Below are positions 21,578 through 30,850 of a stretch of 64,000 bases of DNA, in pieces. Numbering within the stretch: position 1 is the first letter of the stretch; each line of letters opens with the position of its first letter. Below the pieces are notes generated by a model, which was not told where the DNA came from, made no database searches, and saw only the letters and a list, made by a program, of their open reading frames with translations. Source of the stretch: an uncultured Verrucomicrobiales bacterium (GTDB taxonomy: Bacteria > Verrucomicrobiota > Verrucomicrobiia > Verrucomicrobiales > Akkermansiaceae); contig CALGLJ010000008.1 of assembly GCA_937930235.1 (NCBI GenBank), forward strand, positions 23-64,022, given 5' to 3'. The position numbers and the translations under genes are program-made.

Positions 21578-22220
21578 GGGCGGTGGGGTCATCTTGACGA
21601 GTTGCGAGACACATATTGAGCGTCCCGATGAGGAGGAGGTAGCATGCGAGGAGTTCGAGATAGCCCTGGACGGTGTCTGGGATGTCTTGATGAAAGGCGT
21701 CACCTAAAGTCGCTTTCCACAAAAGTGGAGTTCCGAGAAAACGTCCCATGACATAGATCATCATAAAGGCAGAGGCGATAAAGCCCGCCGCAGGGTGAGA
21801 GGTCATCTCGTGAACGAAGGGGCCAAAGGCTTTTCGATGTTTGAGAAAAATCACCATGGTGTAGAGCGCGAGGATTCCAAAAATATAATCGACCGGAATT
21901 TTGGTGGTTTCTTCAAAGATCGCATCGCCTTCCCCAAAGGCTCCTGCGAGAGCCGCGATCCCCATGATCTGATAAAACGGGCCGGTTTTCCCTGCGGGTT
22001 TGGAAGCTCCGAACCAAAATGCTCCGGCGAGGAGGAGAAGGGCCACTTGGAGTCCCTCCACCGCACTTTCTTCGGTGGGAAGGCGTGGGTGATCAGGAAG
22101 CCAAGCTGGGAATAAAATCCCAATCGAACCGAGAACGACCAAAAAAGTCGTCAGCAAACGATGTTTCCAGGATTTTGATAATGGATCATTCAAATCGGAT
22201 GCCAATTCTGGACTTCCCAT
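21570..22220 (-). CDS. Polytopic membrane protein, unknown function
   Basis: 216-aa ORF with at least 5 hydrophobic helices. Translationally coupled to the downstream glycosyltransferase. Confidence 0.6.
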   Translation of the reverse strand: MGSPELASDLNDPLSKSWKHRLLTTFLVVLGSIGILFPAWLPDHPRLPTEESAVEGLQVALLLLAGAFWFGASKPAGKTGPFYQIMGIAALAGAFGEGDAIFEETTKIPVDYIFGILALYTMVIFLKHRKAFGPFVHEMTSHPAAGFIASAFMMIYVMGRFLGTPLLWKATLGDAFHQDIPDTVQGYLELLACYLLLIGTLNMCLATRQDDPTAHD

Positions 22221-22269
22221 TCATAATCGCAAGCCTCACATTCTTCGAAAGATCGTGGAAAGATATTGT

Positions 22270-23829
22270 ATGGCATCTTGTAGTGACAATTTGGTGAAGG
22301 GGATCCTGATTCTTATCCTCATTCCTTTTCTGGCTCATGCGGCGGAGGATGGTAAGGCGAATTATCAAATGTTTTGTGGAGCCTGCCACGGTAATGATGG
22401 CGTGGGAGCGAAGAATAATCCCAATCCTCCCCTCGCAAAAAGTGAATGGCTTCTCGGGTCTCCTGATCGCGCAATCAGTGCGGTGCTGGTGGGCCTTACC
22501 GGTCCGATTGAGGTTCGTGGAAGAGCCTATAATTTAGCCATGCCACCACAAGGAGCAGTCCTTTCTGATGAAAAGTTGGCCTCGATCCTGACCTACGTTC
22601 GCCGGAGCTGGGGCAATAAACAAAAAGCGGTGAAACCAGAGCGAGTCGCCAAGGTTCGTGCTGCGCTCAAAGGGAGGGAGAAGTATTTCACCGCGGAGGA
22701 GCTGCGGAAGACATATCCGATTCCCTTTCCGAAACGCTGGCCTCGTCTCAAGAACCTGATTTCTTCAGTGTATCACGGGAAGTGGGAATACATGCCGGAT
22801 TTCTCCGACATGACTCCCCACGCCACGGAGGAAGAGCCTCGTGGTCTCGTTGATGTGGCTCACGCCGAACGTCAGAAAGAATTTGCGATTGTCTGGGAGG
22901 GTGAGATCCATACGAACCGAGAAGGGGACTACCAAGCCTTATTAGATGCTTCGGATGGCGCGCGTCTTTTCGTAAACGGCCAGTTGATCGTGGAGGTGAA
23001 AGGGGTGGGTCCGCGTGGGAGTGAGCGCGCTCGACGAACCCGTTTCCGGATGTTGAAGGGGTTAAATCAATTCCGCTTAGAGTATTTTAATAATCAGGGA
23101 ACTCCTGGACTCACCGTTTATTTTCAAGGGCCAACTGGTTCTGCGTATCTTTCCGAGAGTCATCTTGAGGTAAAAGAGTCTGCTCCCCGCATCCCGCTGG
23201 TGCCGGAAAAAGGAAGCGCAATTTTGTATCGTAATTTTATTGAGGGCGCTCACCCGAGGGCGATCGGAGTGGGATACGATGGCGGAGTAAATCAAGCCTT
23301 TAGTATCGGTCATTTAGGAATGGATCTGATCTGGCAGGGTTCATTTATTGATGGGGGAAAGCATTGGTCCAATCGAGGAAAAGGCTTCCAGAAACCTTCT
23401 GGGACGGATGTGATTCGTCTTTTAAATCAGCCTGCTTACGCCGTGTTACCCGATGCTGCTTCGCCGTGGCCTGACCGTGGTAAGACCGGGCTCAATGAAA
23501 ATTATCTCGGCTATTCATTAGATGAAAATGGCCTTCCTACTTTTCGCTATGAACTGCAAGGGGTGAAGATCAGGGAACATTCTTCATTCTCTAAAAAGGA
23601 AGGAAAGCGTTGCCTCATCCGGAAGTTGACTTTTACGGGTGAAACCCCTCCTCATCTGTATCTGGCCCTTGCGACAAAGCCGAAAATTTCTCAAGGAGTG
23701 GAAGGGGAATTTCTCCTCGATGATAAAGTATCCCTCACGGTCGAGGGTGCTTCTGCTGAAATCCGGAATGGGAATCTCATTGCTCCGGTGACGTCATCTT
23801 CCCTCATCATCACCTATACTTGGCCGTAA
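22270..23829 (+). CDS. Secreted c-type cytochrome domain plus PA14-like domain protein
   Basis: Signal-like LILILIPFLAHA and heme motif CGACHG, with downstream AMPPQ (Met ligand region). PA14-like GDYQALLDASDGARLFVNGQLIVEVKG..FRLEYFNNQG. Confidence 0.75.
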   Translation: MASCSDNLVKGILILILIPFLAHAAEDGKANYQMFCGACHGNDGVGAKNNPNPPLAKSEWLLGSPDRAISAVLVGLTGPIEVRGRAYNLAMPPQGAVLSDEKLASILTYVRRSWGNKQKAVKPERVAKVRAALKGREKYFTAEELRKTYPIPFPKRWPRLKNLISSVYHGKWEYMPDFSDMTPHATEEEPRGLVDVAHAERQKEFAIVWEGEIHTNREGDYQALLDASDGARLFVNGQLIVEVKGVGPRGSERARRTRFRMLKGLNQFRLEYFNNQGTPGLTVYFQGPTGSAYLSESHLEVKESAPRIPLVPEKGSAILYRNFIEGAHPRAIGVGYDGGVNQAFSIGHLGMDLIWQGSFIDGGKHWSNRGKGFQKPSGTDVIRLLNQPAYAVLPDAASPWPDRGKTGLNENYLGYSLDENGLPTFRYELQGVKIREHSSFSKKEGKRCLIRKLTFTGETPPHLYLALATKPKISQGVEGEFLLDDKVSLTVEGASAEIRNGNLIAPVTSSSLIITYTWP

Positions 23830-23833
23830 TCCA

Positions 23834-25279
23834 TTGCCCCTTTTTCTGCTCGTGAAATTGTTTATTACTCTCACTTTGACTGCGGCTTTTGCGCATGCGC
23901 AGTATTATCAGACCGAAGCCATTCCCCTTCCGAAAGGGGAAATCATTGAAGTTGGTTCGATCGCCTTATTACCGGATCAGAAAATTGCCATATCTGGGCG
24001 CCGAGGCTCGATTTGGATTGGTTCTGGGTGCTATGATGCTGACTTATCCAAGGTGACTTGGACCAGATTTGCCCAAGGTCTTCATGAACCTTTTGGGATG
24101 CATTGGAAGGACGGTTCTCTCTATGTTCAGCAGCGCTCTGAATACACCAGAATTACGGATAAAAATGGTGATGGAAGAGCGGATGATTTTCAGAACATTT
24201 GTGATGATTGGGGGGTCTCGGGCAATTATCATGAGTATTCTTTTGGCTCTTCGCCGGATCGGAATGGAGATGTCTGGATGGTCACTTGCCTGACCGGTTC
24301 CAGTGGGTCTGGAGCGGATTGGCGCGGCTGGGGGATTCGCATGACGCAGGATGGAGTCATGCATCCTGAGATTCCTGGAGTGAGGTCTCCGGGTGGGATT
24401 GGTTTTAATCGAGAGGGAGATGTATTTTATACCGATAATCAGGGGCCGTGGAATGGCTCCTCCTCTCTGAAATGGCTTCAGGTCGGTGGGTTTATGGGAA
24501 GCCCGGCTGGGAATGTGAGTGCAAAGAAATTTAACCTTCCAGCGCCACCCAATCCTCAAAATAAATCTCGCATCACGATTGAAAGAGAAAAGGACCCACG
24601 GATCACCCCACCTGCGGTGGTCTTTCCGCATGGACGAGTGGGGCAATCTCCCACCGCCGTAATCACAGATGTGAGTGAGGGGAAATTTGGGCCATTTTCA
24701 GGGCAAGTCCTCGTGGGTGAGCAAACTCATTCGCAGGTTCAGCGAGTGGATTTGGAGAAGGTCAATGGACTCTACCAAGGGGCCGTTTTTCAATTTATTA
24801 ATGGATATAGCTCGGGTGTGGTCCCGATGCAGATGGCACCAGATGGTACCCTATTTGTCGGAGGCACGAATCGTGGTTGGGGAAGTCGTGGTACTCAGCC
24901 GTTTGCGCTCGAGCGCACTCGCTGGAATGGAGAAGTTCCTTTTGAGATCAAAACGATGCGGGTCACCCCGACAGGTTTTCAGCTGACCTTCACCCAGCCG
25001 GTGGATATGGAATCAGCCTCAAAGGTCTCCTCCTATCAGATGAAGGCGTGGACTTATATTTACCAAAAAACCTATGGAAGTCCGGAGGTCGACCAAGTCA
25101 CGCCCAAGGTCACAGCGGTGCATGTGGGAGCGGATCGACTCGGGGTGAAACTCACTGTCGAAGGATGGGTGAAGGGGCACGTGCATCATCTGAAGGCAGT
25201 GGGGCTAAAGTCTGCCAAAGGAAAATCTCTCTGGCATTCAGATGCGTATTATACCCTGAACGAAATTCCGTCGGAGTGA
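23834..25279 (+). CDS. Secreted beta-propeller protein (PQQ/sorbosone-dehydrogenase-like fold) with a C-terminal Ig-like domain
   Basis: Signal peptide LTLTAAFAHAQ. Propeller-like repeats (DGSLYVQQRS, NGDVWMVT, GIGFNREGDVFYTDNQGPWNGSS, DGTLFVGGTNRGWG). 4 nt downstream of the cytochrome gene. TTG start. Confidence 0.6.
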   Translation: MPLFLLVKLFITLTLTAAFAHAQYYQTEAIPLPKGEIIEVGSIALLPDQKIAISGRRGSIWIGSGCYDADLSKVTWTRFAQGLHEPFGMHWKDGSLYVQQRSEYTRITDKNGDGRADDFQNICDDWGVSGNYHEYSFGSSPDRNGDVWMVTCLTGSSGSGADWRGWGIRMTQDGVMHPEIPGVRSPGGIGFNREGDVFYTDNQGPWNGSSSLKWLQVGGFMGSPAGNVSAKKFNLPAPPNPQNKSRITIEREKDPRITPPAVVFPHGRVGQSPTAVITDVSEGKFGPFSGQVLVGEQTHSQVQRVDLEKVNGLYQGAVFQFINGYSSGVVPMQMAPDGTLFVGGTNRGWGSRGTQPFALERTRWNGEVPFEIKTMRVTPTGFQLTFTQPVDMESASKVSSYQMKAWTYIYQKTYGSPEVDQVTPKVTAVHVGADRLGVKLTVEGWVKGHVHHLKAVGLKSAKGKSLWHSDAYYTLNEIPSE

Positions 25280-25295
25280 AAAGACCTCGGGCATT

Positions 25296-25332
25296 AAAAA
25301 AGCCCGTCTGACCTTGCGATCATCACGGGCTT
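25296..25332 (-). terminator. Putative rho-independent terminator of the azurin gene
   Basis: On the minus strand, AAGCCCG-(19 nt)-CGGGCTT is followed by TTTT. The large loop keeps confidence low. Confidence 0.4.
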
Positions 25333-25356
25333 GAGAAAATAGAGACTGTCGGGTCG

Positions 25357-25854
25357 TTACTTAACGATCATCTTGCCTTTCATCACTCCGAAATGACCGG
25401 GGAAAGTGCAGAGGTAATCGTAAGTGCCTGCGGCAGGAGCGGTGAAGGTAATGGTGGTTTCTTCACCTGGTCCGAGTACTTTGGTATACGCGATCACCTT
25501 TTCTTTATTGGCTTCATCTGTGAGGACGTATTCGGTCTCTTTCGCCTGCATGGCGGCAATGGCATACTTAGGGGGCTCAACGCCCGCCGCGAGGATGACC
25601 AGATTATGCCCCATGGCGATTTTTGGAAGTTTGCCGATATTTTTGAGAGTCAGTTCCACGACTTGTCCGGCGGTGACTTCAAACTCCTTTTTGTCGAACT
25701 GCATTTGATCATTACACTCGATCACGAGTTTGACATCTGCGGCTTTTGCTGGCGCTTCTGGTTTTTCTGCAGACTCCGCTTTGGCATGGTGATCTGCAAA
25801 TGCGATTGGTGAGCAGATGAGAGAGAGGGTGGATAAGATGATTGTGAGCTTCAT
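25357..25854 (-). CDS. Azurin-type blue copper protein (cupredoxin)
   Basis: Signal peptide. MGHNLVI (His ligand region) and YDYLCTFPGHFGVMKG (Cys-x2-PGH-x3-Met type-1 copper site). Confidence 0.85.
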   Translation of the reverse strand: MKLTIILSTLSLICSPIAFADHHAKAESAEKPEAPAKAADVKLVIECNDQMQFDKKEFEVTAGQVVELTLKNIGKLPKIAMGHNLVILAAGVEPPKYAIAAMQAKETEYVLTDEANKEKVIAYTKVLGPGEETTITFTAPAAGTYDYLCTFPGHFGVMKGKMIVK

Positions 25855-25923
25855 AGTAATAGTGTTCGGTAGATTGAACGTTTCTGCAAAGAGAAATCAT
25901 TCATTACTCTAAGATTTTCAGCT

Positions 25924-25935
25924 AGACAATTGTCT
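25924..25935. promoter_or_regulatory. Perfect 12-bp palindrome AGACAATTGTCT upstream of the azurin gene (candidate operator)
   Basis: Seen directly, about 70-80 nt upstream of the azurin start codon (25854), in the 118-bp gap to the rluA-family gene. Confidence 0.3.
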
Positions 25936-25972
25936 GGTGTCAGGCTCAGCGAGTCCGGCAAAAAAGTGGATT

Positions 25973-26599
25973 TCAGAAAGGGCAGGGGCAGGAAAAGGTT
26001 AGCCGTTCTTTCCCAGTGGGATGAGTGAAGGTGAGCTCGCTGGCGTGGAGTTTCATTTTTCCGGGGCCGTCCCCATGGCCATAAAGAGGATCATCAAGAA
26101 TGGGGATGCCAAGCCCTTTCGGGTGGGCTGAATGGACGCGCAGCTGGTGCGTGCGGCCAGTTTCGGGGTGGAAGGCGATGCGCGTCAGTCCATTTTCAAT
26201 GGCGATTTTTTTCCAATGAGTGACTCCGATTTTTCCATGAATTTCATCGTAAATTTGATAGGGACGATTTTCGATATCAAGTCGGAAGGGTAAGGTGATG
26301 GTTCCGCTTTCTCCTTCGAGCTGGCCCTCGAGAAGGGCTAGGTAGTGCTTCTCGGTTTCTTGGTTTTGAAATTGCTGAGAAAGATGGCGGTGTGACTCGG
26401 CGGTGAGCCCCAAGACAAGAATTCCGGAAGTATCCATATCGAGCCGATGAGCGGCAGGATGTGTAATACAGTGAGGAATTTGCGTGCGAATCCGGTGCGA
26501 TACCGAATCGATTTTCTCCAAACCGCGTCCCGGAACAGAGAGGAGTCCGCTGGGCTTATTGACGACGACGATGTCGTGATCCTGGTAGAGAATTTCCAT
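25973..26599 (-). CDS. RluA-family pseudouridine synthase
   Basis: Catalytic motif HRLDMDTSGILVLG, and C-terminal RTHQLRVH. Confidence 0.85.
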   Translation of the reverse strand: MEILYQDHDIVVVNKPSGLLSVPGRGLEKIDSVSHRIRTQIPHCITHPAAHRLDMDTSGILVLGLTAESHRHLSQQFQNQETEKHYLALLEGQLEGESGTITLPFRLDIENRPYQIYDEIHGKIGVTHWKKIAIENGLTRIAFHPETGRTHQLRVHSAHPKGLGIPILDDPLYGHGDGPGKMKLHASELTFTHPTGKERLTFSCPCPF

Positions 26600-26604
26600 G
26601 GGAG

Positions 26605-27525
26605 TTAACCCTTACCGCGTGTTTTTGTCCGGTGCGGCTGAGCATTTTTTTCGATAAATTCGATGACCTTATCGGCGACATCTTTCCCGGTCGCAGTTTC
26701 AATCCCCTCCAGTCCTGGAGAGGAATTCACCTCCATGATGACGGGGCCGTGATTTGAGCGTAGGAGATCGACACCTGCTAGGTTGAGACCCATGATTTTG
26801 GCCGCTCGCACTGCGGTGGAGCGTTCTTCTGGGGTGATACGGACGATTTTTGCCGAGCCTCCACGATGAAGGTTGGAGCGAAATTCGCCTTCTTTTCCTT
26901 GGCGTTTCATGGATGCGACGACTTTTCCTCCCACCACGAGGCAGCGGATGTCAGATCCTCCTGCTTCTTCAATAAACTCTTGTGCGAGGATATGAGCATC
27001 AAGCCCGCGAAATGCTTCAATCACGGATTCGGCAGCTTTTTGTGTTTCTGCGAGGACCACGCCGACACCCTGAGTGCCTTCGAGAAGCTTGATGACGAGG
27101 GGGGCTCCTCCGCACGATTTGATGAGGTGGCCGGTCGCTTTTGAGTCATGTGCAAAGGCGGTCACGGGGAGGCCGATGCCTTTTCGCGCAAGAAGCTGCA
27201 GGGAGCGCAGTTTGTCACGTGAACGGCTGATGGCGACAGATTCATTCAGCGAATATGTGCCCATCATTTCAAACTGACGAACCGCCGCAGTGCCGAAAAA
27301 GGTGTTCGAAGCACCAATCCGGGGGATGACGGCATCAAAATTGAGAGATTCATCTCCGAGGTAGATTTTAGGTCCCGTGGACTTAATGCTCATGTGGCAT
27401 CTGAGGTAGTCGATAACCTCGACATGGTGCCCCCGATGCTCTGCCGCATTCATGAGACTACGCGTGGAATAGAGATCCTTATTACGAGAAAGGATACCAA
27501 TACGGAGTGGCTTAAAGTCGGTCAT
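26605..27525 (-). CDS. rimK: Ribosomal protein S6 glutamate ligase RimK (ATP-grasp)
   Basis: ATP-grasp motifs [54 protein letters not shown]. Confidence 0.9.
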   Translation of the reverse strand: MTDFKPLRIGILSRNKDLYSTRSLMNAAEHRGHHVEVIDYLRCHMSIKSTGPKIYLGDESLNFDAVIPRIGASNTFFGTAAVRQFEMMGTYSLNESVAISRSRDKLRSLQLLARKGIGLPVTAFAHDSKATGHLIKSCGGAPLVIKLLEGTQGVGVVLAETQKAAESVIEAFRGLDAHILAQEFIEEAGGSDIRCLVVGGKVVASMKRQGKEGEFRSNLHRGGSAKIVRITPEERSTAVRAAKIMGLNLAGVDLLRSNHGPVIMEVNSSPGLEGIETATGKDVADKVIEFIEKNAQPHRTKTRGKG

Positions 27526-27582
27526 GAGCGTGGGAAACAGAAATGCAATGCATGAGCTGGTTTTGACAGCAAATCAATTGCT

Positions 27583-28437
27583 TTAAGGCAGGATTTCAAT
27601 GTGATCGATGAGTCTGACATCTCCATATAAGCAGGCAGTCGCTAGGGTAGCAGGGGAAACGAATTTGGAAATAGGCTGAAGGCTCAGGGAGTCGACAAAT
27701 TCCAGATAGTCGATTTTAAAATCCGCAGGCGCTTCTAGGAGGAGATGGTGGCGTGCGGCATCAAGGTAAACTTGAGGGTTCTGCTCGCCCGATGGTGCGA
27801 GATCACGCGCGGCGGAGAGGGCGCGGCGGATCCGGGGGGCGTCGGCCCGATGTGCTGGGGTGAGTCTGCGATTTCGAGAAGACAGGGCGAGTCCATCTTC
27901 CTCCCGCACCGTCGGGTGACCAATGATTTTGACGGAGACATTCAAATCACGAACCATCCGGTGGATGAGCGCGAGCTGCTGGAAGTCTTTTTTTCCAAAA
28001 ATGGCGAGATCGGGGTGGAGAATGTGAAATAGCTTCAGGACAATCGTCAAAACTCCATCAAAATGGCCGGGGCGTGTCGCTCCGCAAAGGTGCTTACTCA
28101 GGAGGGAGTCGGTCACGAGAATGGAATGGTCACTTGCGTAAAGGGATGCCGCCTCGGGAACAAAGGCGACGTCCACGCCCTCTGCTTCACACAGTGCGAG
28201 ATCTTGTTCGAGCGGTTGGGGGTAACTGGTGAGATCTTCCGGGCGGTCAAACTGGATGGGGTTGACAAAAATAGAGATGATCACGGTGCCTTCTGGGCCA
28301 ACATGCTCGCGTGCCGCGCGGAGAAGTTCCAGGTGGCCTTCGTGAAGTGCCCCCATCGTGGGGACGAGGGCGTGGGGGCGGGGAAGTTTTTTAAGAACAG
28401 ATCGAACAGATGAAACTTCCGAATGTCTATGAATCAT
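27583..28437 (-). CDS. panC: Pantoate--beta-alanine ligase
   Basis: VPTMGALHEGHLEL (HxGH), FGKKDFQQL, LALSSRN. The ATG at 28437 gives the usual ~25-aa spacing before VPTMG (the track ORF runs to 28473). Confidence 0.9.
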   Translation of the reverse strand: MIHRHSEVSSVRSVLKKLPRPHALVPTMGALHEGHLELLRAAREHVGPEGTVIISIFVNPIQFDRPEDLTSYPQPLEQDLALCEAEGVDVAFVPEAASLYASDHSILVTDSLLSKHLCGATRPGHFDGVLTIVLKLFHILHPDLAIFGKKDFQQLALIHRMVRDLNVSVKIIGHPTVREEDGLALSSRNRRLTPAHRADAPRIRRALSAARDLAPSGEQNPQVYLDAARHHLLLEAPADFKIDYLEFVDSLSLQPISKFVSPATLATACLYGDVRLIDHIEILP

Positions 28438-28546
28438 AGCAGGGAGTGTTACGTGAGCTTTCTCGGATAGCAAAAGAGTTTTTCCAAGCTGGATGGTTGA
28501 CGAATCGGTTTATGAGAGACATTCTGCAGGCAACAAAAACCAATTT

Positions 28547-29122
28547 ATGATGATTCCTCGGTTGATAAAAATTTCTATCGCATTCATAGCGCTGCATTCG
28601 GTGGCAGTCGGCCAGTCGCTTAAAATTGCGACCGTCGATATGGAACGCCTTTTCAATGAATTCCACCGGACCAATGAGGTGCAAAAGGAGATCAACATTG
28701 AGCGTGCTCGTATTCAGAAGGATAATAATATCCGGCTGGCTGATATCCGTGCAATTGATGACCGGATGCAGACGATCCGAAAGCAGCTCAAAGGTGATGT
28801 TGGCACCAAAAAGCGGCAGGACCTCGATAATGAAGCACGTGAACTCCAGCAGGATGGCATTCACAAGGAACGTGAACGCACCGAATTCCTCGAACGTCGT
28901 AACAAGGCTCTCAATGAGAAAATGCGAAAGCAGATGACCTCTATTTTCGTCGAACTCCGAGAGACTGTGAGTGAGCATGCTCGGAATGAAAATTTTGATT
29001 ACATTTTTGATAAATCTGGAAATTCCCGCCAAGGAGTTCCCTTCGTATTACACGCGAAAGAGATGGTTGATTTAACGGAACATCTCATTAAGAACGTGAA
29101 TAACTCGGCTAAGAAGAAATAG
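28547..29122 (+). CDS. skp: OmpH/Skp-family periplasmic chaperone (paralogue 1)
   Basis: Signal peptide MMIPRLIKISIAFIALHSVAVGQS. KIATVDMERLFNEF start, a long charged coiled-coil region, and a C-terminal DYIFDKSGN motif. Confidence 0.75.
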   Translation: MMIPRLIKISIAFIALHSVAVGQSLKIATVDMERLFNEFHRTNEVQKEINIERARIQKDNNIRLADIRAIDDRMQTIRKQLKGDVGTKKRQDLDNEARELQQDGIHKERERTEFLERRNKALNEKMRKQMTSIFVELRETVSEHARNENFDYIFDKSGNSRQGVPFVLHAKEMVDLTEHLIKNVNNSAKKK

Positions 29123-29136
29123 CGTATTCAAAATCC

Positions 29137-30168
29137 GTGTCTCTCAGCGCAGAACAATTAGCGGAGCTGGTCAATGTGCCAGCTCCTTCTATATCAGGAT
29201 CTTATGATGGGGTGTCTTCTCTTGATGAGGCGACGGCATCCCAGGTGAGTTTTTTAGGAAATCCCCGTTATGCCCCGCTCCTGACACAAACCAAAGCAGG
29301 GGCCGTGCTTGTCCCGGAAGGGGAGTGGCAGGCTCCAGATGGTTGCCTTCTTCTCACAGTTGAGAATCCTTCCGCTGCCTTTTCCAAGGTGATTGAACAA
29401 TTCCAAAAGAGTGCGCGCCCTTTTGAAGCTGGAGTGCATCCTGCAGCTTGGGTCGCGGATGAGGTGGAATATGACCCAAAGACGGTCATGATATCTGCGG
29501 GAGCCATTGTCGAAAAAGGGGTGAGCCTGGGATCGGGAACGGTGATCGGCCCTGGAGTGACGGTGGGCCGAGGAGCTCAGATTGGTGAAAATTGCTACCT
29601 GCACGCTCAGTCCGTGGTCAGAGAAGGGTGTATTTTACATGATCGCGTCATCCTGCAACCCAATGTCGTGGTGGGGTCTGATGGCTTTGGCTACGAATTT
29701 GTGGATGGTTGCCATCAGAAGGTTCCTCAAGTGGGAATTGTGGTGATCGAAGATGATGTGGAAATTGGGTCGAACTCCTGCATTGATCGCGCTCGCTTTG
29801 GAGAAACGCGCATTGGAAAAGGGAGCAAGATTGATAATTTAGTTCAAATCGCGCACAACGTCCAGATCGGCCAGCACACCATCGTTGTGGCTCAGAGCGG
29901 TATCGCTGGGAGCAGTAAATTGGGAAATTATGTCACTGTGGCCGCTCAAGCAGGGGTCGCCGGGCATGTGGAAATTGGTGATCAGGTGATCTTGGGGGGA
30001 CGGGCCGGTGCCACCAAGAGTCTGCCAAATGCCGATACTTACTTGGGATATCCCGCGAGACCCCTAGTGAAGGAACAGCGGAAGATGGCCGCTCTGGCAC
30101 GAGTGCCGAAATTAGTGGAAGAAGTAAAATCGTTGAAGAAAAAGTTGGCACAATTGGCGGGGGAATAG
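29137..30168 (+). CDS. lpxD: UDP-3-O-acylglucosamine N-acyltransferase
   Basis: N-terminal LpxD domain, then left-handed beta-helix hexapeptide repeats (IGENCYLHAQSVV.., IEDDVEIGSNSCIDR, KIDNLVQIAHNVQIG). GTG start. Confidence 0.9.
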   Translation: MSLSAEQLAELVNVPAPSISGSYDGVSSLDEATASQVSFLGNPRYAPLLTQTKAGAVLVPEGEWQAPDGCLLLTVENPSAAFSKVIEQFQKSARPFEAGVHPAAWVADEVEYDPKTVMISAGAIVEKGVSLGSGTVIGPGVTVGRGAQIGENCYLHAQSVVREGCILHDRVILQPNVVVGSDGFGYEFVDGCHQKVPQVGIVVIEDDVEIGSNSCIDRARFGETRIGKGSKIDNLVQIAHNVQIGQHTIVVAQSGIAGSSKLGNYVTVAAQAGVAGHVEIGDQVILGGRAGATKSLPNADTYLGYPARPLVKEQRKMAALARVPKLVEEVKSLKKKLAQLAGE

Positions 30169-30211
30169 TCCATTTACTTTGTCAGCCGAATATTACTAAA
30201 AATTTTCCATC

Positions 30212-30814
30212 ATGAAATCGTTTGTTTCCCTCGTCTCCCTCGTCTCCATTCTTCTGAGTATTTCCGCTTTTTCTGCGGAGCTCAAAGTGGGCACCGTCAA
30301 CATGCGGCTTTTGCTGAACAGTTTTCACGAAACGCAGGCGGCTGACGCAGAAGCGCAAGTGGAGCGCGATAATCTTCGTAAAAAAGCAGAAGAGCGCATG
30401 ACCGCGATCAACGCGCTTCAGGAGGAGCTGAAGAAACTGGATGCCGAATTTAAGGATCCCTCTCTGGCGGTCGCCCGCCGGAAAAAAGTGGCGGCTGAAT
30501 TTGGCAAGAGGCAGGAAAGTCTCAAAATGCTGGGGCGCGATCATGATGAATTTCTCCAACGCAGTAACCGTGCGCTACAGGAGAAGATGCGGGCCAAGAC
30601 CGCAGACCTTCGCATAAAAGTCATCGGAGCAGTGCAAGCATATGCTGCGACTCAAAATGTAGATTACGTCTTCGATGGCTCAGGCCTCACTTCCAGCCAA
30701 GTGCCCTTCCTTCTTTACGTTCGCGAACCAGTTGATATCACTGAAGGCGTGCTGAAGGAGTTGAATAAAGACGCTCCTGCCGAGTTCAAAAAAAAGGCCG
30801 AAGCAAAAAAGTAA
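30212..30814 (+). CDS. skp: OmpH/Skp-family periplasmic chaperone (paralogue 2)
   Basis: Signal peptide, KVGTVNMRLLLNSF, a charged helical arm, C-terminal DYVFDGSG. Confidence 0.75.
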   Translation: MKSFVSLVSLVSILLSISAFSAELKVGTVNMRLLLNSFHETQAADAEAQVERDNLRKKAEERMTAINALQEELKKLDAEFKDPSLAVARRKKVAAEFGKRQESLKMLGRDHDEFLQRSNRALQEKMRAKTADLRIKVIGAVQAYAATQNVDYVFDGSGLTSSQVPFLLYVREPVDITEGVLKELNKDAPAEFKKKAEAKK

Positions 30815-30850
30815 CATTTCGTTAATTCCCAATTTTTCACCCTGAAAACT

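Noticed and set aside
24044-24646. 200-aa minus-strand ORF opposite the beta-propeller gene
   Set aside because: It is Arg/Pro/Ile-rich nonsense composition, while the plus-strand frame has a signal peptide and propeller repeats.
28427-29032. 201-aa minus-strand ORF opposite skp paralogue 1 (similar antisense ORFs lie over skp 2 and 3 at 30182-30559, 30680-31093 and 31000-31272)
   Set aside because: Lys/Glu-rich coiled-coil genes give open antisense frames rich in Phe/Leu. The plus-strand genes have signal peptides and Skp end motifs.
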